Counted from the stretch's first letter, positions 20,513-31,267 are shown. The stretch: DNA of 64,000 nt from an uncultured Saprospiraceae bacterium (GCA_937894165.1 CALCSX010000173.1:1056-65055), one strand, 5' to 3'. Notes: generated by a model not told the origin, from the sequence alone. Program-made: numbers and translations.

Positions 20513-22045
20513 TTATAAACGCTCCTTGATAAAACGTCCAATTTCATCTATATATTTCCGATCGTTGGACAAGCGCGGCACTTTATTTTGACCTCCCAGT
20601 TTCCCTTTGCTCTTCATCCACTCGTGAAATGTTCCTGCAGGCACCGTTATTAATTTCAGCATATCCATGGCCATATTGCCTGTTCGCTTGGCCTGATAGT
20701 CCGAATTAAGGTTCTGTAAATTGTTATCCAACCTCTCAGCAAATAAGGATTCATCCGGTGGTGACTTTTCAAATTCAACAATCCATTGATGCCCCCCCTT
20801 ATCTTTACCGGCTAAATAAATAGGTGCCACTGTATATTCCGAAACAATACTATTCAACTCTTCGCAGGTCAATGCTATTGCCTTATCGGTATTTCCAACC
20901 ATCACTTCCTCTCCAAAGGCATTCACGAATTGACGAGTTCTTCCAGTAATTTTTATTGTGTATGGGTCCGTTGAGCTGAACATTACCGTGTCGCCGGGCA
21001 TATAGCGCCAAAGACCACTGTTATTAGTTATAATTAGTGAGTAATTTTTCCCTGTTTCAACTTCCCATAAAGGTACTATCTTATTCAAATTTACACTATC
21101 ACCCTCGACTGGTGCAAATTCATAAAAGATGCCATTGTCAAGCAATAGCAACATATCATTATGCTTGCCACCGAATTCGAATTGCGCCGCAAAATAACCT
21201 TCAGAGGCATTGTAAACATTCTGATATACAATTTCATTAGATGGTAAAAATTCCTGGAATTGACTGCGGTATGGTTCAAAGCCCACACCCCCATGAATGT
21301 AAGCCTGAATTCCCGGCAAAACTTCTAAAATATTATCCTTCCCGGTCTTTTCAAGTATCCTTCGAAATAACACCACAATCCATGTAGGAACGCCACCAAA
21401 CATGGTCATGTCCTTATCTTTGATGATCGCATTGGCCATCAATTCGATCTTATCCTCCCAATTCGGCATCAAGGCAATTTCAAATCCGGGTGTATAAAAA
21501 GGTCTGCCCACCCAAGGCATATTATGTATCATTAAAGCGGACACATCACCTGAAATTGTCTTGGAATGATGGGGGTTGTCCTCCAAGCTTCCTCCCATCA
21601 CCAAACTTTTGCCCTGGAACAATCTCAAATCAGGTTTGTGATGATACAGCATTGTAACGGCATCCCAGGCACCTCTTATATGAGTTTCTCGAAGATTTTC
21701 CGGACTTACAGGTATATATTTACTCTTATCGGAGGTCGTACCGGAAGATTTAGAAAAATGTATTGTTCTTCCGGGCCATAGAATATTCTTTTCACCTCGC
21801 ATCATCCGCACAACATCTAAACGAATGTCATCATACTCTACAACCGGTACAGTTTTCTGAAAATCACGGTAAGTTCTTAATTGATCAAATCCATGTCTCT
21901 TTCCGAATTCCGTCGACTTACCGGAGTCTACAAATCGAGTAAAAAGTTTCAATTGCACTTCCTGCGGATGATTCATATAATATTCCAGCCTTTTATAGCG
22001 CAATTGCAAAAAACGAGACATTATTTTATTGAATATCCTTTTCAT
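20513..22045 (-). CDS. GH3-family (auxin-responsive-promoter family) adenylate-forming enzyme homologue
   Basis: 510-aa ORF. 'FSKSSGTTSDKSKYIPVS' is the family phosphate-binding/AMP motif. Length and blocks such as 'YNASEGYFA' and 'LWRYMPGDTV' fit bacterial GH3 proteins. Confidence 0.75.
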   Translation of the reverse strand: MKRIFNKIMSRFLQLRYKRLEYYMNHPQEVQLKLFTRFVDSGKSTEFGKRHGFDQLRTYRDFQKTVPVVEYDDIRLDVVRMMRGEKNILWPGRTIHFSKSSGTTSDKSKYIPVSPENLRETHIRGAWDAVTMLYHHKPDLRLFQGKSLVMGGSLEDNPHHSKTISGDVSALMIHNMPWVGRPFYTPGFEIALMPNWEDKIELMANAIIKDKDMTMFGGVPTWIVVLFRRILEKTGKDNILEVLPGIQAYIHGGVGFEPYRSQFQEFLPSNEIVYQNVYNASEGYFAAQFEFGGKHNDMLLLLDNGIFYEFAPVEGDSVNLNKIVPLWEVETGKNYSLIITNNSGLWRYMPGDTVMFSSTDPYTIKITGRTRQFVNAFGEEVMVGNTDKAIALTCEELNSIVSEYTVAPIYLAGKDKGGHQWIVEFEKSPPDESLFAERLDNNLQNLNSDYQAKRTGNMAMDMLKLITVPAGTFHEWMKSKGKLGGQNKVPRLSNDRKYIDEIGRFIKERL

Positions 22046-22140
22046 TAAGAGAGTTAATTCATTTCCCTACAATACTATAAAACCAAAAATACAAAATATG
22101 TTGATACATAGTTTAGTTTACTATATTTAATAATTCTGTA

Positions 22141-24981
22141 TTACAGCTCTAATTTTAGAAAATCCGCAGTATAACCTACACCTTTTTTGACAATCTGTTC
22201 CGGTGTTCCTTCGGCAACAATTTTTCCTCCCGCTCTACCACCTTCAGGTCCAACATCCAGAATATAATCTGCCATTTTAATCACTTCCATATTGTGCTCA
22301 ATAACCATAACCGTATTACCCTTTTCAACCAGACTGTTCAGAACTGCCATTAAATGCATCACATCTTCAAAATGCAAGCCCGTAGTAGGTTCATCAAGAA
22401 TGTAAAATGTACTTCCTGTATCTCTTTTGGACAATTCTTCACTTAGTTTAACCCTCTGCGCTTCCCCTCCCGAAAGCGTAGTCGCCTGCTGTCCTAGTGT
22501 AATGTATCCCAGACCTACTTCTTTTAATATTTTAAGCTTTAAATAAATCTTCGGGATAGCTTCGAAGAATTCTACGGCTTCATCAACAGTCATATTCAAG
22601 ACATCCGAGATATTTTTACCCTTGTAGATGATTTCTAGAGTTTCACGATTGTATCGCTTCCCTTGACAAGATTCACAATCGACATGAACATTCGGCAGGA
22701 AATTCATCTCTATCACTCGCTTACCGGCTCCCCCACAAACTTCACACCTCCCCCCTTTTACATTAAAAGAAAATCTTCCTGCGGAATACCCTCTAATTTT
22801 AGCCTCCGGCAAATTTGTGAAAAGCTTTCGAATCTCTGTAAACATATTAGTGTATGTGGCAGGATTTGAGCGTGGCGTTCGCCCAATGGCAGACTGATCG
22901 ATCTCGATGACCTTGTCCAAATGTTCCAAACCCTTTATCTCTTTATATGCCAAAGGATTCTGAGTAGAATTGTAAAAATGTTTTCTTAGAATAGGGTATA
23001 AAGTGTCATTCACAATGGTGGATTTACCACTCCCCGACACACCCGTTACGCATGTTAAAGTACCTAAAGGAATTTTAATGCTTACATTTTTCAGATTATT
23101 TCCACTTGCACCTATCAATTCGAGCGTCTTGCCATTGCCTTTCCTTCTCTCTGAAGGAATTTCCAATTTTTTACGACCCGATAAATAGTCGGCGGTAAGT
23201 GTATGACTCTTCATAAATTCTTCCGGTGTTCCTTCATTCACTAGAAATCCTCCATTTTTGCCCGCTCCGGGCCCCAAATCAAACAAGTAATCAGACGCCA
23301 ACATGATATCCTTGTCGTGCTCAACTACCAAAACAGAATTTCCAATGCTTGTCAGCTCGCGCAATGCCTCAATCAATCTGACATTGTCCCTTTGATGTAA
23401 GCCGATACTCGGTTCGTCCATTACATAGGTTATCCCCGTCAATTTAGATCCAATTTGATTGGCGAGTCTCGTGCGCTGAGCTTCCCCTCCGGATAAAGTC
23501 CTTGCAGGTCTGTTCAAATGCATGTAATCAAGTCCCACATGGAGCAAAAATTTAAGTCGATACCTGATTTCCTTAATTATATCCCTTCCAATTAGTCTTT
23601 GTTTGTTGGTCAATCGCTCTTCAATCCCTTCAAACCAATCATTTAGCTCTTGAAAATCCATATTAGACAAATGACCAATATGCTTTCCATCAATGAAAAA
23701 ATAAAGCGATTCCTTCTTTAATCTATATCCGTCACAAACATCGCAGTCTACCAATTCCATATACTCCTCTGCCCAGGACCGGATTCGCTCCGAAGTTGAT
23801 TCTTCAAACCATTTTTCCAGCATATTTACCAGTCCTTCCTTGGCCAGATCATAGCTGTAATCGTTATATTGATTCACTTTAGTAGCTGAGGATTCTTCAC
23901 CGCCAAATAAAATTACTTTCATCGCTTTCTCAGGAATATCTTTTATAGAGGTGGCAAATGTAAAGCCATGCGTTTTCGATATTTTCCTCAACTGGTCAAA
24001 AGTTTGGTTCTTTCTAGCCTCACCAAGGGGAGCAATGCCGCCATTGTTGATATTTAATTCCTTATCAGGCAGCACTTTATCCAGATCAACCTTAAACTGA
24101 TGACCCATTCCTTTACAAGCAGGACATGCACCATAAGGTGAATTGAAGGAGAATGAATTGGGGGATGGCTCTTCGTAGGAAAGTCCCGACTGGGCATCCA
24201 TCAAATCCTTACTAAATGGATTGACCTCCTTACTTGCAATATCTAAAACAAACAAAAGACCGTCTCCCATCTTGAAAGCCGAACGAGCCGACTCCAAAAG
24301 ACGGGCATATTTCTCTTCCTCAACAGTAATTCTATCTACTACCACCTCTATATCGTGGGTCTTAAATCGCTCTACCTGCAATCCCGGACTTAAATCTACT
24401 ATATCCCCATCAATCCGAACCTTGGTAAATCCTTGCTTGCGAACTTGATCGAACAATTCCCTATAATGACCTTTTCGTCCTTTCACCAAGGGTGCAAGAA
24501 GCGCAATTTTTTTACCGGCATAAATTCCCTTGATTTGATCCATCATTTCATCCTCGGTGAATTTTACCATCTTTTCTCCGGTAACATAGGAATGCGCCTC
24601 AGAAGCGCGAGCGAAAAGTAATCTTAACAAATCGTAGATCTCAGTAATAGTACCAACAGTAGATCTAGGATTCCAACCTGTGGTCTTCTGTTCTATAGAA
24701 ATCACAGGACTTAAACCGTAAATCTGTTCGACTTCCGGCCTGTCCATATTCCCGATAAACTGACGGGCATAAGCCGAAAATGTCTCCAAATACCTTCTTT
24801 GACCTTCGGCATAGATGGTATCGAAAGTCAGTGACGATTTTCCACTTCCGCTAATACCGGTAAAAACAACAAGTTTATTTCTCGGAATTTTTAAACTAAC
24901 GTCCCTTAGATTGTGCTCCCTCGCTCCTATCACCTCGATCACATCCTCTTCAGGTTTATAAATATTTATTGTCTTAGACAT
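22141..24981 (-). CDS. uvrA: Excinuclease ABC subunit A
   Basis: 946-aa ORF with two ABC modules ('GISGSGKSS' and 'GVSGSGKST'; 'LSGGEAQR' twice) and zinc-finger cysteines ('CPACKGMG', 'CEVCGGAG'). Confidence 0.97.
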   Translation of the reverse strand: MSKTINIYKPEEDVIEVIGAREHNLRDVSLKIPRNKLVVFTGISGSGKSSLTFDTIYAEGQRRYLETFSAYARQFIGNMDRPEVEQIYGLSPVISIEQKTTGWNPRSTVGTITEIYDLLRLLFARASEAHSYVTGEKMVKFTEDEMMDQIKGIYAGKKIALLAPLVKGRKGHYRELFDQVRKQGFTKVRIDGDIVDLSPGLQVERFKTHDIEVVVDRITVEEEKYARLLESARSAFKMGDGLLFVLDIASKEVNPFSKDLMDAQSGLSYEEPSPNSFSFNSPYGACPACKGMGHQFKVDLDKVLPDKELNINNGGIAPLGEARKNQTFDQLRKISKTHGFTFATSIKDIPEKAMKVILFGGEESSATKVNQYNDYSYDLAKEGLVNMLEKWFEESTSERIRSWAEEYMELVDCDVCDGYRLKKESLYFFIDGKHIGHLSNMDFQELNDWFEGIEERLTNKQRLIGRDIIKEIRYRLKFLLHVGLDYMHLNRPARTLSGGEAQRTRLANQIGSKLTGITYVMDEPSIGLHQRDNVRLIEALRELTSIGNSVLVVEHDKDIMLASDYLFDLGPGAGKNGGFLVNEGTPEEFMKSHTLTADYLSGRKKLEIPSERRKGNGKTLELIGASGNNLKNVSIKIPLGTLTCVTGVSGSGKSTIVNDTLYPILRKHFYNSTQNPLAYKEIKGLEHLDKVIEIDQSAIGRTPRSNPATYTNMFTEIRKLFTNLPEAKIRGYSAGRFSFNVKGGRCEVCGGAGKRVIEMNFLPNVHVDCESCQGKRYNRETLEIIYKGKNISDVLNMTVDEAVEFFEAIPKIYLKLKILKEVGLGYITLGQQATTLSGGEAQRVKLSEELSKRDTGSTFYILDEPTTGLHFEDVMHLMAVLNSLVEKGNTVMVIEHNMEVIKMADYILDVGPEGGRAGGKIVAEGTPEQIVKKGVGYTADFLKLEL

Positions 24982-25011
24982 AAAATGGTCCTATCTTTTT
25001 AAAGCAAAAAG

Positions 25012-25019
25012 CAAAATTA
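25012..25019 (-). promoter_or_regulatory. Candidate -7 promoter box (TAATTTTG) for uvrA
   Basis: The reverse complement reads TAATTTTG, which fits TAnnTTTG. It lies about 30 nt upstream of the uvrA ATG. Confidence 0.3.
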
Positions 25020-25275
25020 CACATTCTCAGACTTTCAGCAATGATATTAATTAAAATGATTATTAACGTATTCAAAATAATCTTCCTAATTTTCAAACAA
25101 ATAATCTAAGTACTGGTTGCGATTGAAAATATTATAATATCAAAATAGTTCGAAATTTAGAGGCTTCACGTGAGGAATAAGTGGATCACCTAGTGGACTA
25201 AATTAAGAGATCAATTTTTCGGTAACATGCCTGCCGCTCTTCCAAACTTTACAATGTTTTTAATGTTTCTCCAAT

Positions 25276-26178
25276 ATGCTCAAAATCTCATTTTCCGAAA
25301 CTTACAAATACGAACTGCCTGCTAATCATCGCTTCCCGATGGAGAAGTATAGCCTGCTTCCTGAGCAATTATTGTATGAGGGCACGATTACTTACGACAA
25401 TTTTTTTACGCCTGACGAACTGGAAGAATCCACAATTCTACTGACACATACATCGGAGTATTGGGACAAATTGAAATATCAGTCGCTCAGTACAAAAGAA
25501 ATCCGAAAAATTGGCTTTCCGATGACACCTCAACTTATTACCCGGGGAAGAATAATAGCCAATGGCACTATTCAATGTGCTCTTTTTGCGCAAAAATATG
25601 GTATTTCACTCAACATCGCCGGAGGAACGCATCATAGTTTTGCAGAGCGCGGCGAGGGATTTTGTGTCTTCAATGATGTCGCTATTGCGTGTAATTATTT
25701 GCTTCATAGAAAATTAGTAAGCCGAATATTGATCATCGATTTAGATGTCCATCAGGGAAATGGGAATGCGAAAATATTCGAAAATGACCCCAGAGTTTTT
25801 ACTTTTAGCATGCATGGTGCGAAAAATTATCCCTTGCGAAAAGAGAATTCTGACCTCGACATTGAACTTGAGGATAATACAGATGACAAAACCTACCTTG
25901 GTATATTAAGGGAGACATTGCCCCCTATCATGGATCTGGTCCAACCGGAAATAATTTTTTTTATTTCGGGCGTAGATGTCATCAAATCCGATAAATTAGG
26001 TCGCCTCGGAATGAGCATACAAGGCTGCAAAGAAAGGGATAAAATAGTCTTGGAAATGGCAAAAAACAATTCTGTTCCTATTGCTGTAAGCATGGGGGGC
26101 GGCTATTCAGTCAGGTTGGCAGAAATAATCGATGCACATGCCAATACTTTTCGCCTAGCACAAGAAATATTTTTCTAA
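25276..26178 (+). CDS. Histone deacetylase-family (arginase-fold) deacetylase
   Basis: 300-aa ORF. 'GGTHHSFAERGEGFCVFNDVAIA', 'DLDVHQGNG' and 'GGGYS' are the canonical HDAC/AcuC/Aph metal and catalytic blocks. Confidence 0.85.
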   Translation: MLKISFSETYKYELPANHRFPMEKYSLLPEQLLYEGTITYDNFFTPDELEESTILLTHTSEYWDKLKYQSLSTKEIRKIGFPMTPQLITRGRIIANGTIQCALFAQKYGISLNIAGGTHHSFAERGEGFCVFNDVAIACNYLLHRKLVSRILIIDLDVHQGNGNAKIFENDPRVFTFSMHGAKNYPLRKENSDLDIELEDNTDDKTYLGILRETLPPIMDLVQPEIIFFISGVDVIKSDKLGRLGMSIQGCKERDKIVLEMAKNNSVPIAVSMGGGYSVRLAEIIDAHANTFRLAQEIFF

Positions 26179-26230
26179 GCCTATATTTCAAAAACGATTT
26201 GATTAGATTTGCTATCAAAATAAAGATTAT

Positions 26231-28675
26231 ATGCCTCATTTTGTAGAAGTCATTCTGCCTCTCGCAATTCCTAATGCTTTCACCTATCACTTGCCGGATG
26301 AATGGAGGAATAAGGCTGCGGTAGGCAAAAGAGTGGAGGTGCAATTTGGCAAATCCAAACATTATTCAGGCATTATAAAATCAATTTTCGAGTCAGATGA
26401 AGATGTCAGTATGTATAAACCTGTCATCAATATTTTAGACTTGCATCCTATCTTAACGGAGGAACAATTTAAATTGTGGACTTGGGTGGCCAAATATTAT
26501 TGCGTCGGTATTGGCCAAGTAATGAATATTGCGCTTCCCCCGGGCCTCAAAATGAATAGTGAAAGTATTGTAAGCTTGCATCCTGACTTCCATAATGAAG
26601 ATAATGTATCGACCTTCCCTGATGATGTTGCTGAAGTAATTGAAACACTTCGCAATCAAGGAGATATCAATCTTGATACAGTTCGGAAAGTACTGTCTAA
26701 GAAAAATGTTACCGCCACTCTAAATTATATGTTGGAGGAGGGAATGATTGTTTTAAAAGAGGAACTGATACACGAATACAAAGTAAAAAAAGAGTTTTTC
26801 GTCCGCTTAAAAATTGATCCTAATGATCAAAAAGCCGTCCATGATGCTTTAGATGCAACAAAAAAATCTGAAAAACAGACCAATGTAATTTTGGCATTAT
26901 TGCAAGCTGCCAGAGAAAATGAATGGTCAAAAAGAAAGGAAATTGCAAATTTAACAGGAGTTGAAAGTCCCGTATTTAAGGCTCTAGAGAAAAAAAATCT
27001 CATCGTTCAGGAAGAAATGGAGACCAACAGATTGAAGAATCTGAAGACCGAGGATGATTATTTTCAAAAATTGACCTTAAGTCAGCAAGAGCTTATTCAA
27101 CAAATCGAAGCAGCCGGTCCGGAAAAACCAAGCTTAATTCATGGCGTCACCGGAAGTGGAAAAACGAGAATATTTACAGAATTAATAGAAAAGACAATAC
27201 AGGAAGGTGGTCAGGTGCTTTATCTCGCACCGGAAATCACCCTGGCAACACAATTAGTCGAAAGGATAAAGAAACAATTCGGCTCACAACTCCACCCCTA
27301 TCACTCACGGCTCAGTTCATCTCAAAAAGTAGACGTTTGGAAGGCAGTTCATCAAGGTTTTCCTATTATTTTGGGTGCAAAATCCGCGGTTTTCCTGCCA
27401 TTTACCAATCTTCAACTGATTATTGTAGATGAAGAACACGATGACAGCTATAAAAATAGTTTCAACGCACCTCGCTACCACGCCAGAGATGTAGCGATTG
27501 TTCTATCAAAAATCACGGGAGCTCGAATCGTCCTCGGTTCCGCTACCCCAAGTTTAGAGTCTTACTACAATGCCAAATCCGGGAAATATAATTATTTTAG
27601 GATGGATCAACGGATTGATGATGTCAAGATGCCACAAATGGAGCTAATTGACATAAAACGATCTGAAAGGATACGTCGGCACAAGTTTCAACTGGCAGAA
27701 CCAAGCCTAGAAAAAATCCAAGAAGCGCTGCATTCTAAAAAACAAATACTTATTTATATCAATAGAAGAGGTTTTGCGCCGGTTTTTGAATGTGAAGCCT
27801 GCGCGTGGACGCCGAAATGTGGAAATTGCGATGTGACACTTACTTATCACAAATTTAGTAATCAACTGCATTGCCATCTCTGTGGTCACAAGGAATATTT
27901 GCCATCGAAATGTCCTACTTGCAGTAATCATACCTTCGATATTCATGGGGCGGGAACTCAGCGAATAGAAGATGAATTAAATATATTTTTTCCGGAGGCC
28001 GTGGTGGAGCGCCTGGATATGGACAATGCCAGAAGTTCTAAAAATTTGCTGGAAATATTAGATAAAATTGAGAATAGAGAAATTGATATCATTGTAGGTA
28101 CCAGGATGGCTACGAAGGGTTTGGATTTTGACAATTTGGCCTTAGCAATAGTAGTAAATGCAGATAGTCTCTTTTCTTTTCCGGATTTTAGATCTCATGA
28201 GAATGCCCTTCAACAATTGATCCAAATAGGTGGGCGCGTAGGCAGAAAATTTGATGAAAGTGCCTATTTTATTCAAACTGCTAAACCAAATTTTGAAATG
28301 TTCCAGTTTCTCGATCCACAGAGTCATGGAATATTTCTAGAGGAGGAATTAAAGACAAGACAAGATCTAAATTACCCGCCATTTTCAAGATTAATAAAAA
28401 TAACCTTAAAGCATAAAAATGCTCAACTTGCAGAAAATTCTGCCGAATTCTTTGCCGAAGGTCTAAGAAAGCATTTAGATTCAGAAATATTGGGCCCTTC
28501 CAGCCCTTTGATTGGGAGAGTGAGAAACTATTACCTAAAGGACATATTAATTAAGTTACCCACAGATGCAGTTTTGATTGCCCGCACCAAGGAAATATTG
28601 ATAAAACTAGTTCACAATATGGAAGCACAGCGAGATATAAAAGGATTAAAATTAGTTTTAGATATAGATCCTTAA
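26231..28675 (+). CDS. priA: Primosomal replication-restart helicase PriA
   Basis: 814-aa ORF. It has Walker A 'GVTGSGKT', 'DEEHD', the Cys-rich zinc insert 'CEACAWTPKCGNCDVTLTYH...CHLCGH...CPTCS', and 'GTRMATKGLDF'. Confidence 0.92.
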   Translation: MPHFVEVILPLAIPNAFTYHLPDEWRNKAAVGKRVEVQFGKSKHYSGIIKSIFESDEDVSMYKPVINILDLHPILTEEQFKLWTWVAKYYCVGIGQVMNIALPPGLKMNSESIVSLHPDFHNEDNVSTFPDDVAEVIETLRNQGDINLDTVRKVLSKKNVTATLNYMLEEGMIVLKEELIHEYKVKKEFFVRLKIDPNDQKAVHDALDATKKSEKQTNVILALLQAARENEWSKRKEIANLTGVESPVFKALEKKNLIVQEEMETNRLKNLKTEDDYFQKLTLSQQELIQQIEAAGPEKPSLIHGVTGSGKTRIFTELIEKTIQEGGQVLYLAPEITLATQLVERIKKQFGSQLHPYHSRLSSSQKVDVWKAVHQGFPIILGAKSAVFLPFTNLQLIIVDEEHDDSYKNSFNAPRYHARDVAIVLSKITGARIVLGSATPSLESYYNAKSGKYNYFRMDQRIDDVKMPQMELIDIKRSERIRRHKFQLAEPSLEKIQEALHSKKQILIYINRRGFAPVFECEACAWTPKCGNCDVTLTYHKFSNQLHCHLCGHKEYLPSKCPTCSNHTFDIHGAGTQRIEDELNIFFPEAVVERLDMDNARSSKNLLEILDKIENREIDIIVGTRMATKGLDFDNLALAIVVNADSLFSFPDFRSHENALQQLIQIGGRVGRKFDESAYFIQTAKPNFEMFQFLDPQSHGIFLEEELKTRQDLNYPPFSRLIKITLKHKNAQLAENSAEFFAEGLRKHLDSEILGPSSPLIGRVRNYYLKDILIKLPTDAVLIARTKEILIKLVHNMEAQRDIKGLKLVLDIDP

Positions 28676-28693
28676 AAAATCCAAATAATTAAT

Positions 28694-28701
28694 TAAATTT
28701 G
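28694..28701 (+). promoter_or_regulatory. Candidate -7 promoter box (TAAATTTG) upstream of tRNA-Ala
   Basis: It fits TAnnTTTG and ends 48 nt before the tRNA 5' end. No clear -33 TTG was seen. Confidence 0.25.
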
Positions 28702-28749
28702 CCTTGCTTTAGCGAAAATGTAAATACACAGAGTAGTTACGAAAAACAA

Positions 28750-28826
<77 letters not shown>

Positions 28827-28830
28827 AAAA

Positions 28831-28866
28831 AGACTTTCCATCATCCGGAAAGTCTTTTCTATTTTA
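28831..28866. terminator. Rho-independent terminator hairpin after tRNA-Ala (possibly bidirectional)
   Basis: 'agactttcc-atcatcc-ggaaagtct' forms a 9-bp stem. It is flanked by an A-run on the 5' side and by 'tttctatttta' on the 3' side. It sits between the convergent tRNA and symporter gene. Confidence 0.7.
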
Positions 28867-28933
28867 TTCACATGCTGTTTTAAAACCCTGAGAATAGCAT
28901 CCTTGAAATTTTGGTTTTTAAACCAAGGGATGA

Positions 28934-31006
28934 CTATTTCTCATTTTTATTGACTGTATATAATTCTCCCCTTTTCAACTTACCCAGATATTCCTTTAAG
29001 TCCGTCCTAACTTCCCCTGACATCAAATATAGTCCAATAATATTCGGGAAGGCCATTGCCAAAATCATCATATCCGAAAAATCCAATACTGCCCCCAAGC
29101 TTACAGAAGCTCCTATAACTACGAAAATAAGAAATATAAATTTGTAAGTCATTTCAGACTGTCTACTTTTTCCAAATAGATAAGTCCAAGCCCTCATACC
29201 GTAATACGACCATGAAATCATAGTTGAGAAGGCAAATAAGAAAATTGCAGCGGTAAGTATATAAGGAAACCATGAGATAACCGTTCCAAATGCATCGGAA
29301 GTCAATTGGGCACCGGCCAAACCTACGACTTCATGCTTACCTGTAAAAATAAGAACCAATGCTGTCAAGGTACATACTACCACAGTATCGATAAAGGGCT
29401 CTAGCAAAGATACAAATCCTTCAGATGGGGGATTGTTGGTCTTCGCCACACTATGTGCTATCGCAGCCGAGCCAATTCCTGCTTCGTTGGAGAAAGCCGC
29501 TCTTTGAAAACCTACGATTAAGACACCAAGAACACCTCCTTTTAATGCGGATGGACTAAAAGCTCCGTCAAAAATGGCATACATTGCCGGTAGTATATTT
29601 TCGATATTAACCCCAATTACAATCAGACATGCTAAAATATAAATCGTTGCCATCAGTGGTACAACTTTAGAAGTCACATTGGCAATACTTCTAATGCCAC
29701 CGATAATCACTGCACCGACTAAAACGGATATGATCAGACCAAACCAGAAACCATTCCCAATAAAGCCGGGAATCTGACCTGAAACTGCCTCAAACGCCTG
29801 ATTAGCTTGGAACATATTACCCCCTCCAAAAGAGGCAAGAACGCATAGAACAGCAAAAACGCCGGCTAGTACTTTACCAAGTTTTTTCTTATTCTGATTT
29901 TCCAAACCTTTTCGTAAATAGCTCATGGGTCCCCCGAACACTCTTCCGTCAGGGGTTATTTCGCGATATTTCACCCCCAGCGTACACTCTACAAATTTCG
30001 ATGACATCCCTAAAAGCCCTGCCATTATCATCCAAAAAGTAGCGCCTGCTCCCCCTACTGAGATCGCCACAGCAACACCGGCAATATTTCCCAATCCGAC
30101 AGTCCCCGACACTGCTGTCGTCAAAGCTTCAAAATGTGTCACCTGTCCAGGAGCATTGGGATCATCATGTTTTCCCTTAGCCAAGTCAATGGCATGTCGA
30201 AAACCTCGAATATTGATAAAACCCATTTTGAAAGTGAAAAATATCGCACCACAAACGAGCCAAATGACAATAAAAGGTATATTTTTTTGTTGCTTGTCAC
30301 CATTTGGATGTGTTAATGCTATCTTTTCGTCATATTCAATTCTGGCAAAGTTATGAGCTCCTTCCTCTATGACATCTTTCTTACTTTTTGAATCATATAT
30401 TAGTCCATCCTTATCTGTCAAATATTTCAACTTTCCATTTGCCGGTGCTAAGGCCTCATACGCTTCCCCTCCTTCTTGCTCAACTATGGCAATAGGCTCC
30501 CCTTCTTTCACTTCTGCTCCTTCACTTTTCAACCACTCTTTCACTGAATATCGACCTTGAATACCCGGCTGCCAGGCTCGTATTGGCACATCCCTGCCAT
30601 CAGCATAGACTACCGGATCATAGATTCCAATGGCAGAAAAAGGATCCCAAAACAAAACTGATCCAATTCCGGAAACAATTGGAGAGAAAGTCCCATTAAA
30701 TTTTTCAGTAATTGCGTCAGTCGGAACTTTATACTTTTTTGTAACAGCTGCTCCTGATGCATCCGAAACTTCTACTTTATAAGTAATTCCTTCAACTAAT
30801 TCGCGAGAAATATTGGAATTTAAAGGGGTATTTTGATTGCTCCATTTATACGAATAGGGAGGTTCGCCACCACTCACTGTCAGCTCTATTACACCATCAT
30901 TAATAAGATGTGTCGGATTAGAAATCCTATCTTGAACGATTAATGTTTGTGATTGAAGTAGTGTAGAAACAAAAAGGAATAGAACAGCTATAAATTTGAA
31001 ATTCAT
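28934..31006 (-). CDS. Alanine/glycine:cation symporter (AGCS family) with an N-terminal SprB repeat and an inserted lipoyl-like domain
   Basis: 690-aa ORF. The AGCS core includes '[52 protein letters not shown]' and '[11 protein letters not shown]'. The N-terminal part has a signal peptide, '[15 protein letters not shown]' (SprB-like) and '[42 protein letters not shown]' (lipoyl/biotinyl-like). Confidence 0.85.
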   Translation of the reverse strand: MNFKFIAVLFLFVSTLLQSQTLIVQDRISNPTHLINDGVIELTVSGGEPPYSYKWSNQNTPLNSNISRELVEGITYKVEVSDASGAAVTKKYKVPTDAITEKFNGTFSPIVSGIGSVLFWDPFSAIGIYDPVVYADGRDVPIRAWQPGIQGRYSVKEWLKSEGAEVKEGEPIAIVEQEGGEAYEALAPANGKLKYLTDKDGLIYDSKSKKDVIEEGAHNFARIEYDEKIALTHPNGDKQQKNIPFIVIWLVCGAIFFTFKMGFINIRGFRHAIDLAKGKHDDPNAPGQVTHFEALTTAVSGTVGLGNIAGVAVAISVGGAGATFWMIMAGLLGMSSKFVECTLGVKYREITPDGRVFGGPMSYLRKGLENQNKKKLGKVLAGVFAVLCVLASFGGGNMFQANQAFEAVSGQIPGFIGNGFWFGLIISVLVGAVIIGGIRSIANVTSKVVPLMATIYILACLIVIGVNIENILPAMYAIFDGAFSPSALKGGVLGVLIVGFQRAAFSNEAGIGSAAIAHSVAKTNNPPSEGFVSLLEPFIDTVVVCTLTALVLIFTGKHEVVGLAGAQLTSDAFGTVISWFPYILTAAIFLFAFSTMISWSYYGMRAWTYLFGKSRQSEMTYKFIFLIFVVIGASVSLGAVLDFSDMMILAMAFPNIIGLYLMSGEVRTDLKEYLGKLKRGELYTVNKNEK

Positions 31007-31196
31007 ATGCAGAGGTGTTAAATTTTAGTTTCTGATTTTGACTGAAATCACAGCAAGGCCACACTTCAGTAAAACTATGTTATAGGTTTTATTTTAAAAT
31101 CCTGTACAAGATGCTAAAAAAAATTTCTAAATCAAATTTTTTATGTATTAAAAATGTAACCTAAATAATAGATATTTAAATATTGCTGTACATTAA

Positions 31197-31238
31197 TTAA
31201 AAAGTGCCTTCCACTTCCTTTGAAATAGCCGGCACTTT
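31197..31238 (-). terminator. Possible terminator after the acyl-CoA dehydrogenase gene
   Basis: An 8-bp stem 'aaagtgcc/ggcacttt' is followed on the minus strand by TTTTAA. The 22-nt loop lowers confidence. Confidence 0.35.
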
Positions 31239-31267
31239 ATCCATGTAAATGTAAACTAATAATAATT

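Noticed and set aside
25150-25200. CACGTG palindrome and 'gtggatcacctagtggac' in the uvrA/HDAC divergent region, considered as a possible SOS/LexA-type operator
   Set aside because: I cannot match it to any operator consensus I know for Bacteroidota. It is a single short palindrome in 294 bp and is compatible with chance.
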